Assembly (NCBI GenBank): GCA_050290185.1
Contig: JBNKHE010000004.1
Coordinates: forward strand, 244,409-308,408
DNA length: 64,000 nucleotides
Direction: 5' to 3'
Origin: Pontiella sp.
GTDB taxonomy: Bacteria; Verrucomicrobiota; Kiritimatiellia; Kiritimatiellales; Pontiellaceae
How positions within the stretch are numbered: the stretch's first letter is position 1; each line of letters starts with the position of its first letter. Below, one piece after another: positions 45,589 to 55,541 of this stretch. The translations under genes and the position numbers were made by a program. The notes beneath the pieces are model-generated. The model did not search any database and was not told where the DNA came from. It was given only the letters and a program-made list of their open reading frames with translations.

Positions 45589-46890
45589 ATGAGCGCGTTC
45601 AGAAAAATCACCACATGGCCGGAGCTGACAGCAATTTTGCTGGCCAGACTGCTGGTGCTGTGGCTGATCGTGTTCATTTCACTCCTGTTGCCTACGGATG
45701 ACATCGCATTCTACGCCTTCATGGGCGTCGCATTCATTATCACCATCCCCTACTCGATATGGTTACGCAGCAAACTGCGCACCGTGGAGTTTGCCCCGCT
45801 TCAATTCATGGTCGACCTGATTATGGTGACCGGTCTGGTCTATTTTACCGGAGGCATTCATAGCGACTTCACACTACTCTACCCCTTGGTCATCCTTTCC
45901 GCCGGTATTGTGGGAACCCCGAAACAAGCCATGAGCATTACCGTGCTTTCCATTGTCGTCTATTCACTGATGGCGATAATGCTCCGCGATGGCGTGCTCA
46001 CCGAAGTGATGCCCCCGTCCGTCATGCTGGGTATGAACTCAACCGCAACAGCCATCGTGATACGCGGATTCATTTTCGTCTTCTTCGGGGGAACCAGTAT
46101 CTATATCGCAAAGCGTTGCGATTTCATCTATCGCCAGGAACAGGTTTTGGGAAACACCACCTCCACCTTGCTGGAAAACATCCCGGCTCCGGCCCTGTTG
46201 CTTTCAGATAATGGCAACATTCTTTTTGCCAACGAACCGGCATGTTTCACCTTGAATACCTCTCGGGAAATCCTGTGCGCCCACAAATTCCAGGAACTGC
46301 GGCAGGAATCGGGCAAGCCCATCCCGGAATCGTTCGGTCATGCCGCAACACTGACCCGAATGAATGCCATTCCCCTTCCGGTCTCTTACCGCACCCAGGA
46401 CTTCCAACTGCCCCACTCGGCGTCGCTCGGGGGCCAAAATGCCGGCAAAAGCCCCATCAAGGTCACTTTGTTGGTTTTCAACGATATTTCGGAAGAACTG
46501 AAAACCCGGCGACAGCTCGCAAAGGTGGAGCGAATTACCAATGCCACCCGGATCGCCAGCGAAATGGCGCATGAAATCCATGCACCATTAGCATCCCTTT
46601 CCGCCTCCCTCCAGTTGCTCAAACACTACGAAGCGAAGGCCACAGCCGCCGATTGGCTACCGAACAGTCCGCGACGGAAGGATCGTAGTGAACTGTTCGG
46701 ACTTATTGAGGATGCCTCGAACCAGATGGAAACGGTCATACGTAACTTCCTCGACTTCGCCGAATTCTCTCCGAAGGACCTTCTGTCAATCATTAAGCTT
46801 GACTCAACGGATGAAAAACAGGGTTATATAAGCCATCTGAATACCATAGGGAGAGGTTTAAGGGATGGCCAAGATTCTTATAGCGGATGA
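45589..46890 (+). CDS. PilS-like membrane sensor (TMs, PAS, HisKA) lacking the HATPase domain
   Basis: D...TGLVYFTGG..S.F..LY; EMAHEIHAPL; ORF ends shortly after the DHp domain. Confidence 0.8.
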   Translation: MSAFRKITTWPELTAILLARLLVLWLIVFISLLLPTDDIAFYAFMGVAFIITIPYSIWLRSKLRTVEFAPLQFMVDLIMVTGLVYFTGGIHSDFTLLYPLVILSAGIVGTPKQAMSITVLSIVVYSLMAIMLRDGVLTEVMPPSVMLGMNSTATAIVIRGFIFVFFGGTSIYIAKRCDFIYRQEQVLGNTTSTLLENIPAPALLLSDNGNILFANEPACFTLNTSREILCAHKFQELRQESGKPIPESFGHAATLTRMNAIPLPVSYRTQDFQLPHSASLGGQNAGKSPIKVTLLVFNDISEELKTRRQLAKVERITNATRIASEMAHEIHAPLASLSASLQLLKHYEAKATAADWLPNSPRRKDRSELFGLIEDASNQMETVIRNFLDFAEFSPKDLLSIIKLDSTDEKQGYISHLNTIGRGLRDGQDSYSG

Positions 46891-48244
46891 CGATCCGACG
46901 ATACTCAGCTTGCTGAATAAAATACTACTTTCAAAGGGATATGACGTCCAATTAGCCGAAAACGGCAGCGTAGCTGAAAAGGCCCTGAAGTCCGACCAGT
47001 TCGATCTGCTCATTTCAGATATCAAAATGGAACCGGTCGATGGCATGCAGCTGCTCAAGCGAACCCGGCAAATGCGGCCCCATGTGGGCGTGATCATGCT
47101 CACCGCCTATGCCACCGTCGCAACCGCAGTCGAAGCCATGAAGGAAGGCGCCTTCGACTATATCCCCAAACCGTTTAAGATCGATGAATTGCTCGAAACG
47201 GTTAAGCGGGCCCTCGACTACCAGAAGTCCCTGGCAGAACAGATCAGCGGCAATTCCGCCATAGAATCCAAGAAATATTTCGGAAACATCGTGGCGGTCA
47301 GCGACCAGATGGTCAATGTCTGCGAAATGATCAAGCGGGTCGCCCCCACCAAGACCACGATCATGATTACCGGCGAAAGCGGAACCGGCAAGGAATTGGT
47401 TGCCGAAGCCGTGCACAGCTTCAGCGCGCGTTCCGAAGGTCCGTTCATCCCGGTCAACTGCGCCGCACTGCCCGAAACCCTCATCGAATCGGAGCTGTTC
47501 GGACACGTCAAAGGCTCCTTTACCGGGGCCAATGCCACCAAGGAGGGCCTTTTCGAAGCCGCCAAGGGGGGGACGCTTTTCCTCGACGAAATCAACTCCA
47601 TCCCCCACGGCCTTCAATCCAAACTATTGCGCGCCATCCAGAATAAGAAAATCCGCAAAGTGGGTGGAATCGAGGAATTCGATGTGGATGTGCGCATCCT
47701 CGCCGCATCGAACCGAAACCTGGAAACCATGGTAAAGGAAGGCACTTTCCGCGAAGACCTGTACTATCGCCTCAGTGTGATTTCCATTGATATCCCCCCG
47801 CTGAAGCAACGTCCGGAGGATGTCCTCCCCCTCGTTCAGCACTTTATTGCCCACGAAATGGAAGGAGCTGAATTCCCGACCATTGACAATGCCGTACTCT
47901 CCATTCTTCAGAACTATGTATGGCCGGGCAATGTTCGTGAGCTGCAGAATGTCATTCAGCACTGCCTGACCTTTCTGCACGACAATAAAATCACCAAGGA
48001 AACCCTGCCTTCCAAGTTGATTGTCTCCTACGAAGAAAACCCCGGCGCCCAGAATGCCGCGCTGACCGGTGAATTCGAAAAGGGAAAATCGCTTAAAGCC
48101 TTCCTCCGAGCCAAGGAAAAGGAATACCTAAAAACAGTAATCAACACCATGGGGGGCGACAAAGCCGCCGCCGCCAAAGAACTGGATATCAGTCTGGCCA
48201 CCCTGTACCGCAAACTGCCGGAAGAGGGACAAGAGCCAGAATAG
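46865..48244 (+). CDS. pilR: sigma54-dependent response regulator (PilR/NtrC family)
   Basis: REC (DDD, SD, KPF); GESGTGKE; ELFGHVKGSFTGA; WPGNVREL; Fis HTH. Confidence 0.88.
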   Translation: MAKILIADDDPTILSLLNKILLSKGYDVQLAENGSVAEKALKSDQFDLLISDIKMEPVDGMQLLKRTRQMRPHVGVIMLTAYATVATAVEAMKEGAFDYIPKPFKIDELLETVKRALDYQKSLAEQISGNSAIESKKYFGNIVAVSDQMVNVCEMIKRVAPTKTTIMITGESGTGKELVAEAVHSFSARSEGPFIPVNCAALPETLIESELFGHVKGSFTGANATKEGLFEAAKGGTLFLDEINSIPHGLQSKLLRAIQNKKIRKVGGIEEFDVDVRILAASNRNLETMVKEGTFREDLYYRLSVISIDIPPLKQRPEDVLPLVQHFIAHEMEGAEFPTIDNAVLSILQNYVWPGNVRELQNVIQHCLTFLHDNKITKETLPSKLIVSYEENPGAQNAALTGEFEKGKSLKAFLRAKEKEYLKTVINTMGGDKAAAAKELDISLATLYRKLPEEGQEPE

Positions 48245-48277
48245 GGTCCATTTCCAGCGATATGCCCTATTTGTCCT

Positions 48278-48307
48278 AAACACCCTGTTCGCGCAGGGTG
48301 TTTTTTT
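48278..48307 (+). terminator. Intrinsic terminator after pilR
   Basis: CACCCTG-TTCGCG-CAGGGTG-TTTTTTT. Confidence 0.85.
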
Positions 48308-48521
48308 GATTTATACCCCCTTGCCCTCAAATATCGTCTTTCCAGTATTTGCTACTCGGAAATTTCTCAAAAACTGGATAAATCGAAGTTTATTCAGATT
48401 CCATCCGAGTACCGGCCGTCCTTTATCGGCCGCCATGAAAAAACATAATTCGTTTGTATTATTTGAATTACGTATATTTAACAACATCTTCACAGTCTGA
48501 ATAACTTTCCTCAAATAATAA

Positions 48522-48538
48522 TTGGCACGGAATACGCT
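48522..48538 (+). promoter_or_regulatory. sigma54 promoter of major pilin
   Basis: TTGGCACGGAATACGCT. Confidence 0.75.
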
Positions 48539-48628
48539 ATATAGGTTCTCGTCTGACAGGAAACATGAGGCGAGCTCAATGCGGACAACTGAATGAAGTG
48601 CATTAAATAAACCAAATGGAGAAAAAAA

Positions 48629-48964
48629 ATGAAGAAAATGAATAAAAAGTCGGGTTTCACCTTGGTAGAAATCATGATCGTAGTTGCCATCATCGGTCTG
48701 CTCGCAGCAATCGGTATTCCTTCCTTTCAGAAGGCACGTCAAAACTCGATAGATAAAGCCAAGGACAATAACGTTCGCATCGTTAATGCCGCGGTTGAAC
48801 AGTATGCAATGGACAACGCCCTGACTGACGGTGCTACCGTTGCCGCGTCTGTGTATGATGCATATCTCGACGGCGGAACTGCCAGCCTGGCAGTGGGTAA
48901 CACGACCTGCAAAAACCCGACTGTTACGGTCGGCACCCCGGCTACAACAACTGATATGTACTAA
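48629..48964 (+). CDS. pilA: Type IV major pilin
   Basis: KKSG|FTLVEIMIVVAIIGLLAAIGIP; own promoter and terminator. Confidence 0.9.
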   Translation: MKKMNKKSGFTLVEIMIVVAIIGLLAAIGIPSFQKARQNSIDKAKDNNVRIVNAAVEQYAMDNALTDGATVAASVYDAYLDGGTASLAVGNTTCKNPTVTVGTPATTTDMY

Positions 48965-48983
48965 CCAGTACACACTCAGCTAG

Positions 48984-49021
48984 AAAAAGGGATTTCTGAT
49001 ATCAGAAATCCCTTTTTTTTT
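48984..49021 (+). terminator. Strong (bidirectional) terminator after pilin
   Basis: AAAAAGGGATTTCTGAT/ATCAGAAATCCCTTTTT. Confidence 0.9.
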
Positions 49022-49060
49022 CCATTGCAGACATGTTCGGTTACACCCTACCTTGCTTTC

Positions 49061-51142
49061 ATGAAAAAGCCTGTTGAATCTCTGGTATTGACACTTTGCA
49101 TGGGTTTGCTTATGGCCTCAGCGGCCTATATCACGCTGACCTCCTCTACCGCCGATGGCCATTTGGGCATAGTGGAATCCGATGAAGGCCTTTACATGCA
49201 ATATGCCCGCAACATGGCTACGGGCCATCCTTACATTTTTTCCCCCGGAGACTCCCCTTCAACGGGAAGCACCTCCCATCTCTACCCCCTCGTTCTCGCA
49301 GTCCTCTATAAGCTGGGCGCAACCGGATCCGCGTTTTTCACTGCCGGTTTCATCCTGAACAGCCTGTTCTTTCTGGGTATCATTACGTGCGTGTGGTTGC
49401 TCGCCAGGAAGATGTGTCCGCGAATGATGCCCGCAGCGTTATTCCTGACCGTGATCAGCGGACATACCCTCTCCGCGGTATTTGGCCAAACAGATATCGG
49501 CCTATTTACGCTTCTCGCATTGGGCACGGTGGCAGCCATGTTCTACAACCGCTACAAGCTAACCGTTGTCTTGGCCCTGCTATGCGGCCTGACCCGTCCG
49601 GAGGGGTTCATTTTTTCCGTAGCTTTTTTCCTGACCGGCACAGGAACCATCCTGCTTAACCGGAAACATGAAAATGCGCCGGGAACTCCGAAACAAGGCC
49701 GTTTTTTTCTTTTGGCGGGCCTGGCGGGTGCCATGGCCTTTGCTCTCACACTGTATATCAACTACCGCATGACCGGACATCCGCAGTTCATGTCGGTGGT
49801 GAACAAAGGATACTTCAAAATATATCCGCTGTTCGGCGCAATCGAACATACCCTGTATGATGCCGGATCTATGATAAAAGGAGTATTTTTCGGGCTATCC
49901 ACCACATCGAGACAGTTTTTCGTTTTCCCGGTCCTTGGAGGGCTGCTTAGCTTATGCGGCATCCTGCTGCATCCTCGCCAGTGTAAACAGATTCAACTCT
50001 GTGAAATGTGGATGGCGCTCAGCCTGGGAGCCGTTATCGTGACCGTGTCCTCCAGCGCATGGCAAGGCATCTCCAACGACCGCTATCTCGGATGGATCAT
50101 GCCCATCTGGACCATCTACATGCTGATTGGAATCGACGAACTCGCCAAACGCGTCGACACTAAACGGTTCAAACCCGTCCTCATCGGTCTTCTTGCGGCC
50201 TACCAACTTGCATCCACCGCCTATTTTTTCGTCTATGCCTACTCGTCCAGCTGCTTTCATGAAAAAAGTGCGAATTTCTGCGACCAAATCAAGGAAACGA
50301 TTCCCGAAACCGAAACGCTTGGATCCCTGCAGGGCGGCGGGTTGCAGTATTACCTGCCCAACCATCGGATACACAACCTCTTCGGCATCACCTCGCCGGA
50401 ATTTTCCCAGCCGCATTTCGACACCCAGCTCCTGCGTATTGTCGATATCCTGAAACATCAACCCAACCTAAGGTTTGACAATTGGATGATGCTCAGCAGC
50501 GATTGGGAAAGCCAGAAATGGATAAAGCCATTCGTTGGAGACTTGGTTTTGCAGGATACCGACGCCGCCGTTACAACCGCCAATATATATTGTGTCTATA
50601 AAGCCAACTGGGCCGCACTGGACGGGGGCGACACCCCGGTACTGCTCAAATCCCGACTGGAAAACCTGAAGCTGATTGACCGGCTGGATATCGGATACCA
50701 GAAGGATGAAATCAGCCATGACTACCGTGCCATCCTTCGGTTCAAGAACACCGTTCTCCCGCTCACCTTGCTTACTGCCCCATTGGATAGCAGCGACTAT
50801 TCCGATGTCGGTCGTATGGTCATGGGTCGCGAACAGTTTACCGTCCACTCCACGTTACCAGGAAAGCCGCTGTATATTGCATTGCGCACCTCAAACAAGA
50901 TCCAAGGAACCACTTATTTCGGGCGCCAAAACTCAACCATCAGCAGCCTCGAAATGAACGATTCCCTTGCCCTTGAACTTTTCATTGATGGACAGGAAGT
51001 CGCCTGTCCTCCGCTGGACATCAGTAAGGAAGGCTTCAACGAAGTCCTGATTGAAGTACCAGGAACAGCCGTACGCAGCGAGCATCCACAGATTAAGGTG
51101 GTGGGCGACCATCTCTCCTTTTCCTATTGGTTCTATCAATAA
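49061..51142 (+). CDS. GT-C fold polytopic glycosyltransferase-like protein
   Basis: SDE..Y.QYARN..GHP..F.PG..STGSTS.LY; TRPEG; RY; many TMs. Confidence 0.7.
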   Translation: MKKPVESLVLTLCMGLLMASAAYITLTSSTADGHLGIVESDEGLYMQYARNMATGHPYIFSPGDSPSTGSTSHLYPLVLAVLYKLGATGSAFFTAGFILNSLFFLGIITCVWLLARKMCPRMMPAALFLTVISGHTLSAVFGQTDIGLFTLLALGTVAAMFYNRYKLTVVLALLCGLTRPEGFIFSVAFFLTGTGTILLNRKHENAPGTPKQGRFFLLAGLAGAMAFALTLYINYRMTGHPQFMSVVNKGYFKIYPLFGAIEHTLYDAGSMIKGVFFGLSTTSRQFFVFPVLGGLLSLCGILLHPRQCKQIQLCEMWMALSLGAVIVTVSSSAWQGISNDRYLGWIMPIWTIYMLIGIDELAKRVDTKRFKPVLIGLLAAYQLASTAYFFVYAYSSSCFHEKSANFCDQIKETIPETETLGSLQGGGLQYYLPNHRIHNLFGITSPEFSQPHFDTQLLRIVDILKHQPNLRFDNWMMLSSDWESQKWIKPFVGDLVLQDTDAAVTTANIYCVYKANWAALDGGDTPVLLKSRLENLKLIDRLDIGYQKDEISHDYRAILRFKNTVLPLTLLTAPLDSSDYSDVGRMVMGREQFTVHSTLPGKPLYIALRTSNKIQGTTYFGRQNSTISSLEMNDSLALELFIDGQEVACPPLDISKEGFNEVLIEVPGTAVRSEHPQIKVVGDHLSFSYWFYQ

Positions 51143-52623
51143 TGAAAGAAACACCCCACCCCACCTTCTCTCGCTGGATCAACAGGTTGCCCTATTTGCT
51201 CTTTCTCACCGTAGTTGTCTTTTATGCATCCAGTCCGTTCAGTCTGCTCGATTTTCCCTTGGATGATGCGTGGATTCACCGGGTCTATTCGCAATCCTTC
51301 GCCCACGGACATGGATTCGCCTACAATCCCGGCCAGCAGGAGGCCGGATCAACCAGCCCGTTGTGGAGCATCATCACCGCACCCACCCACTGGCTGGAGG
51401 CTCTGGGAACCGACGCCGTTGTACTCGCGGTGAAATTCATGGGGATCATATTGGCTCTGTTCGTAATTGAAGCGACAAGACGATGCGGTCGAAATCTCGG
51501 AAATTCTGCGATCGTGGGCATCATCGCTGCATCAATCGTCGCGCTTGATCCCCGCCTTGCATTCTCAGCATTGTCTGGGATGGAAACCAACCTCCTGCTG
51601 GCATTATGGATCGGATCGGCGCTCTGTTTAATCGAAGGCCGCTTTTTCCTGGCCACCATGCTGATCAGCCTGACTCCCGCTGCCCGCCCCGAAGCCTTGG
51701 TAATTTTCCCGTTTTTTGCCATCGCCGCCATCATTTCGGCGCTCCGCGGAAAACTGGCCATTCGCAGGCTTATGACGCTAGCCATACTTCCCGTACCCAT
51801 GCTGATATGGAGTCTTTTCTGCAAATGCACCAATGGCCATTGGCTACCCACCACGTTCTACATGAAATCGAAATCGATGGCGCTGGATGTCAATCAGCTC
51901 GGCACTGCATGGTCCCTCCTCGGACTCCATGGACCGCTGCCTGCGCTGATCGTGATACTTCTTTCCAGCGTTGGCGCCTATTCACTGCTGCGCTGGCATA
52001 GACATGCTGAAATCCTGTTGCTTACGCTGACCGCACCACTCGTCTACCTGGTGGGTGTTTTGCTTTCCCGCAAATTTTTCATCGAAGGCTACTACTGGCT
52101 TCGCTGGAGCGACCCGGCCACGATACTCATCACGGCAACAGCCGCCATAGGCCTTGGAATTGCAGCAGTCCACAGTAAAGGATGGAAAACCCGTTCAGCG
52201 ACGGTGCTGCTATTGCTGTTCACCCTGCCCCATCTCGCGAACGCGATGCTCTCGTGGCGCACGCGGCTGATCTCCGACTGCCGGGTCATAAACCTGATCA
52301 CGATTCAGGCCGGCAAGTGGATGGATGCAAACCTGCCCGAAGATGCGGTGATCGCCGTGAACGATGCAGGCGCGACCCGCTACTTTGGTAAACGCAGGAC
52401 GATTGATCTCATGGGCCTTAACTGCGCGGATATTGCATTTGGAACCATGACCCCGAATAATACCGGGATCATTGATTATCTCGCCATCACACCCACCTGG
52501 TTTGTAGGCAAAGGCCTATACGATGGGATGCCGGTTTGTACGAATTTCTCCGTTGCGGCAGAGGAATACACCATCACGCCCAACAAAGGTCAGCGCGAAA
52601 TCGTCATTTTCAAATGCCGCTAG
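51142..52623 (+). CDS. GT-C fold polytopic glycosyltransferase-like protein
   Basis: DDAWIH..YS..FA.GHG..YNPG..GSTSPLW; SGMET; RPE; DAGA..Y..ID..GL. Confidence 0.75.
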   Translation: MKETPHPTFSRWINRLPYLLFLTVVVFYASSPFSLLDFPLDDAWIHRVYSQSFAHGHGFAYNPGQQEAGSTSPLWSIITAPTHWLEALGTDAVVLAVKFMGIILALFVIEATRRCGRNLGNSAIVGIIAASIVALDPRLAFSALSGMETNLLLALWIGSALCLIEGRFFLATMLISLTPAARPEALVIFPFFAIAAIISALRGKLAIRRLMTLAILPVPMLIWSLFCKCTNGHWLPTTFYMKSKSMALDVNQLGTAWSLLGLHGPLPALIVILLSSVGAYSLLRWHRHAEILLLTLTAPLVYLVGVLLSRKFFIEGYYWLRWSDPATILITATAAIGLGIAAVHSKGWKTRSATVLLLLFTLPHLANAMLSWRTRLISDCRVINLITIQAGKWMDANLPEDAVIAVNDAGATRYFGKRRTIDLMGLNCADIAFGTMTPNNTGIIDYLAITPTWFVGKGLYDGMPVCTNFSVAAEEYTITPNKGQREIVIFKCR

Positions 52624-52836
52624 CGCACGCGCCCCTGCCACTTGATGTGATGGATGAGCCATTACTGGCATTGGTCGAAGGTATGGGCATACCAGCGGAC
52701 CGGAGATGACCAGACATCCGCAATCGGCACGCATATGAATCGGGAGGCCTGCAACCCTAACGAATCCTTAACAAAAAGCGTTGGATCACAACGCTTTTTA
52801 GTGCAATTTCGCCGGATTTGAGGGGAAACACATTCG

Positions 52837-54786
52837 GTGAACCGGTTTATCAAAACATTCTATCTCTGGCTGGGCGTTGCAACGCTGTGCAACCTGCTCA
52901 CGCTATTGGCCGACACCTTGTGGGGTGAGCTGCCGAACAGCAGGCTTTTGCTCTATCCCGCCGCGTGGATGATACAGTTGCCGCTCCTTGCCGGACTCAC
53001 GCTGATGCACCACGGCGCAAACCAGTTGCTGCACCTGCTTCCGGATCGACATGCCCGGAAGGGCCAATGGCTGATCTGCTCGGTGGTGCTCTTCATGTTC
53101 ACGGGGATTTACCTCGCCTCCCAGGTCATGCAGATCGAAGTGGACTCCTTCCTCTCGTGGGACATGCTGAAAGTGGGACTCAGCGACACAAAGCAGATCC
53201 TTCCCGATATCGGCCGCCGCATTGGACTTCACCTGTTCGTATTGGGCATTTTTTCACTCCTGCTCGGGCTGGCTTATGTCCGGCGCTACCACAATGCCCG
53301 CATTGAACATTCAGGAAGGGTGTTCACCATTCTTCTGGTGTTTTTTGCGTTCAGCGTTACCAGCTCGTATGCTTTCGCATTCAACTCGGTCAAGGAATCG
53401 GCGTGGCGCGCACGCAATGAGATTCTTCCGACCACCTATCTGGCCGCGGCTTTGGTCGAGGACATCCTGCTCGAAAACCGGATACACGAGGAAGCAATCA
53501 AAACCATCGTACTGCCGCAGCAGGTTGAACTCGGAGACTATCTGGAAGCCTCCCCGCCTCAATCGACACCCAACGTTTTCTTCATCATGCTGGAAGCCAT
53601 CCCATGGGATCACTTTCCTTTCACCGGATACCCACGCTCCGGGGTCACGCCCAACCTCAATGCGCTCGCGCAGGACTGCATCATCTTCCCGCGCACCTAC
53701 GCCACCGCCAATCACTCCAGCTATTCGCAGCCCAGCATCCACAGCTCGCAGTATCCGTTGCGGACCACCTCGCTGGATCAGTATGAAACGGTGGACTACC
53801 CCAAAACAATGCTGTTCGACATCCTCGCCGCCGCCCGCTACCAAACCGCCTTCATCTCGGCTCAGAACGAGGATTGGATGGGCATGAAGCGCTTCATCTT
53901 TGCCCACACCCATCTCCAGTATTTCCTGCACTCAAAGGATGAGCTTGGAAACAATATCGGCAAGGAATGCAAGATCGATGACCGCCTTGTCTGTACCAGG
54001 GCCATGGAACACCTGGACCGTCGCGATCCGGATGAACCGGTTTTCATGTATGTCGACTTTCAGCGTACCCACTTCCCCTACGACATCCCGAAGGATGCCC
54101 CGCACCCCTACCAGCCCTGCGATACCGATGACTTCAAGTTCACCTTCTACAGCTACGATCAGGACCATGCCGATGTCGTCATCAACAAGTTCGACAACGC
54201 CCTCCACTATGTGGACGAACAGGTAGGCGTGTTCATCGATAACCTGAAGCAAAACGGCCTATACGAAAACAGCCTGATCATCGTTTCCGCCGACCATGGA
54301 GAAGCGTTTTACCAGCATGGCTATCCCACCCACAGCACCACCCTCTACGACGATCAGATCCGCGTCTGCACCCTCATCAAGCAACCCGGCCAACACACCT
54401 CTTCCATACGCGACGACGCAATCTCGCTGATCGACATCAATCCCACCATCCTCGAAGTACTCGGCATGGAAAACCATCCCAATTTCCAAGGCCAGCAGGT
54501 GCTGGACAAACCGCGTAGCAATCCGATCTACCTCCTCTCGCACGGCGTGGTAAAGGCCATGGGCGTTGTCGATTTCCCCTGGAAGTATTTCCGCTCCGAA
54601 ACCCAGCCGCCCCGGCTCATCAATCTCGCCACCGACCCATCGGAATCCACCGATCTCTCCAGCCAGTATCCAGACGAACTTCAGAAGTTGCGGGAAGAGG
54701 TGGAACGCTTCCGGCAGCAGCAACTCTACTACTATCGGGATATGACGCCCGAAGAGCGCGAAGAATATTACCCTCCCCGGCTTTGA
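52837..54786 (+). CDS. Membrane-anchored alkaline-phosphatase-superfamily enzyme (LTA synthase/sulfatase-like)
   Basis: 5 TMs; PNVFFIMLE; TH.PY; SADHGE..HG..TH; no CxPxR sulfatase motif. Confidence 0.8.
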   Translation: MNRFIKTFYLWLGVATLCNLLTLLADTLWGELPNSRLLLYPAAWMIQLPLLAGLTLMHHGANQLLHLLPDRHARKGQWLICSVVLFMFTGIYLASQVMQIEVDSFLSWDMLKVGLSDTKQILPDIGRRIGLHLFVLGIFSLLLGLAYVRRYHNARIEHSGRVFTILLVFFAFSVTSSYAFAFNSVKESAWRARNEILPTTYLAAALVEDILLENRIHEEAIKTIVLPQQVELGDYLEASPPQSTPNVFFIMLEAIPWDHFPFTGYPRSGVTPNLNALAQDCIIFPRTYATANHSSYSQPSIHSSQYPLRTTSLDQYETVDYPKTMLFDILAAARYQTAFISAQNEDWMGMKRFIFAHTHLQYFLHSKDELGNNIGKECKIDDRLVCTRAMEHLDRRDPDEPVFMYVDFQRTHFPYDIPKDAPHPYQPCDTDDFKFTFYSYDQDHADVVINKFDNALHYVDEQVGVFIDNLKQNGLYENSLIIVSADHGEAFYQHGYPTHSTTLYDDQIRVCTLIKQPGQHTSSIRDDAISLIDINPTILEVLGMENHPNFQGQQVLDKPRSNPIYLLSHGVVKAMGVVDFPWKYFRSETQPPRLINLATDPSESTDLSSQYPDELQKLREEVERFRQQQLYYYRDMTPEEREEYYPPRL

Positions 54787-54884
54787 TCACGCCGAAGTGG
54801 AATGGATTGAACCGATGAAGACGGCATAATCCATGGTGGTCGCCCACTGCGAATCGATGATCCGGGACGGCTGGGTTTCGGAGC

Positions 54885-54910
54885 GTAGGGAGTGCTCTCC
54901 GAGCGCGCCG
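54885..54910. repeat. GTAG-type REP-like element
   Basis: GTAGGGAGTGCTCTCCGAGCGCGCC hairpin between convergent genes. Confidence 0.45.
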
Positions 54911-54950
54911 CACGACATGCCGAGGCTGGGTTTTCTCTCGTGGACCCGAT

Positions 54951-55457
54951 CTATTCCGGATGGTCGTTTGCTTCAAATGCGGAGACGACTTCTTTCAGCA
55001 ACCGGTTTAATGCATCCTGGTCCTTCGGGGATATTCCATCCGTCAGGGCATGCAGGGTTTCCACGTGGGCCTCCACCGCCTTGCTGATCAGCGCATGGCC
55101 TTTGTCGGTCAGGGAGACGTGACAGATGCGTTTATCATTCGGGCACTGTTTTCGGCGGACCAGTCCTTCTTCTTCCAGACGGTCGATGCGGTTGGTCATG
55201 GTGCCCGAAGTCACCATCGACGAATCCAGCAGCTGGCCCGGCGAGAGCGTGTAGGGAGGCCCGGAGCGCAGCAAGGTGGCCAGCAGGTCAAAACTCGAAC
55301 AGTTGAGATCGAAACGCCGGAAGGTTTCCTGGATGGCTTCCCGATAATAGGTGCCAATGCGGGCAATCCGCCCGGTAATGGCCATCGGGCTGACATCCAG
55401 ATCGGGCCGTTCCACCGCCCATTTTTCCAAAATTCTATCTACGTGATCTACTGACAT
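54951..55457 (-). CDS. pecS: MarR family regulator (PecS-like)
   Basis: DHVD.I..W..ERPDLDVSPM..GR; FDLLATL.RSG.PY.L.P; divergent EamA gene. Confidence 0.85.
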   Translation of the reverse strand: MSVDHVDRILEKWAVERPDLDVSPMAITGRIARIGTYYREAIQETFRRFDLNCSSFDLLATLLRSGPPYTLSPGQLLDSSMVTSGTMTNRIDRLEEEGLVRRKQCPNDKRICHVSLTDKGHALISKAVEAHVETLHALTDGISPKDQDALNRLLKEVVSAFEANDHPE

Positions 55458-55477
55458 GGGCGCATCATTCCATATTT

Positions 55478-55522
55478 TATCTTGACGTCAAACTAATAGG
55501 CACTTATCTCTACATCAAGATA
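55478..55522. promoter_or_regulatory. Two 18-bp palindromic PecS/MarR operators
   Basis: TATCTTGACGTCAAACTA (55478-55495) and TATCTCTACATCAAGATA (55505-55522). Confidence 0.75.
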
Positions 55523-55541
55523 ACTGCTGAGGAATCCCGAA

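Noticed and set aside
48629..48964. Electrically conductive e-pilin
   Set aside because: Only 6 aromatic residues in 102 mature residues, with long aromatic-free gaps.
52837..54786. Formylglycine-dependent polysaccharide sulfatase
   Set aside because: Lacks the C/S-x-P-x-R motif and has an LTA-synthase-like membrane domain.
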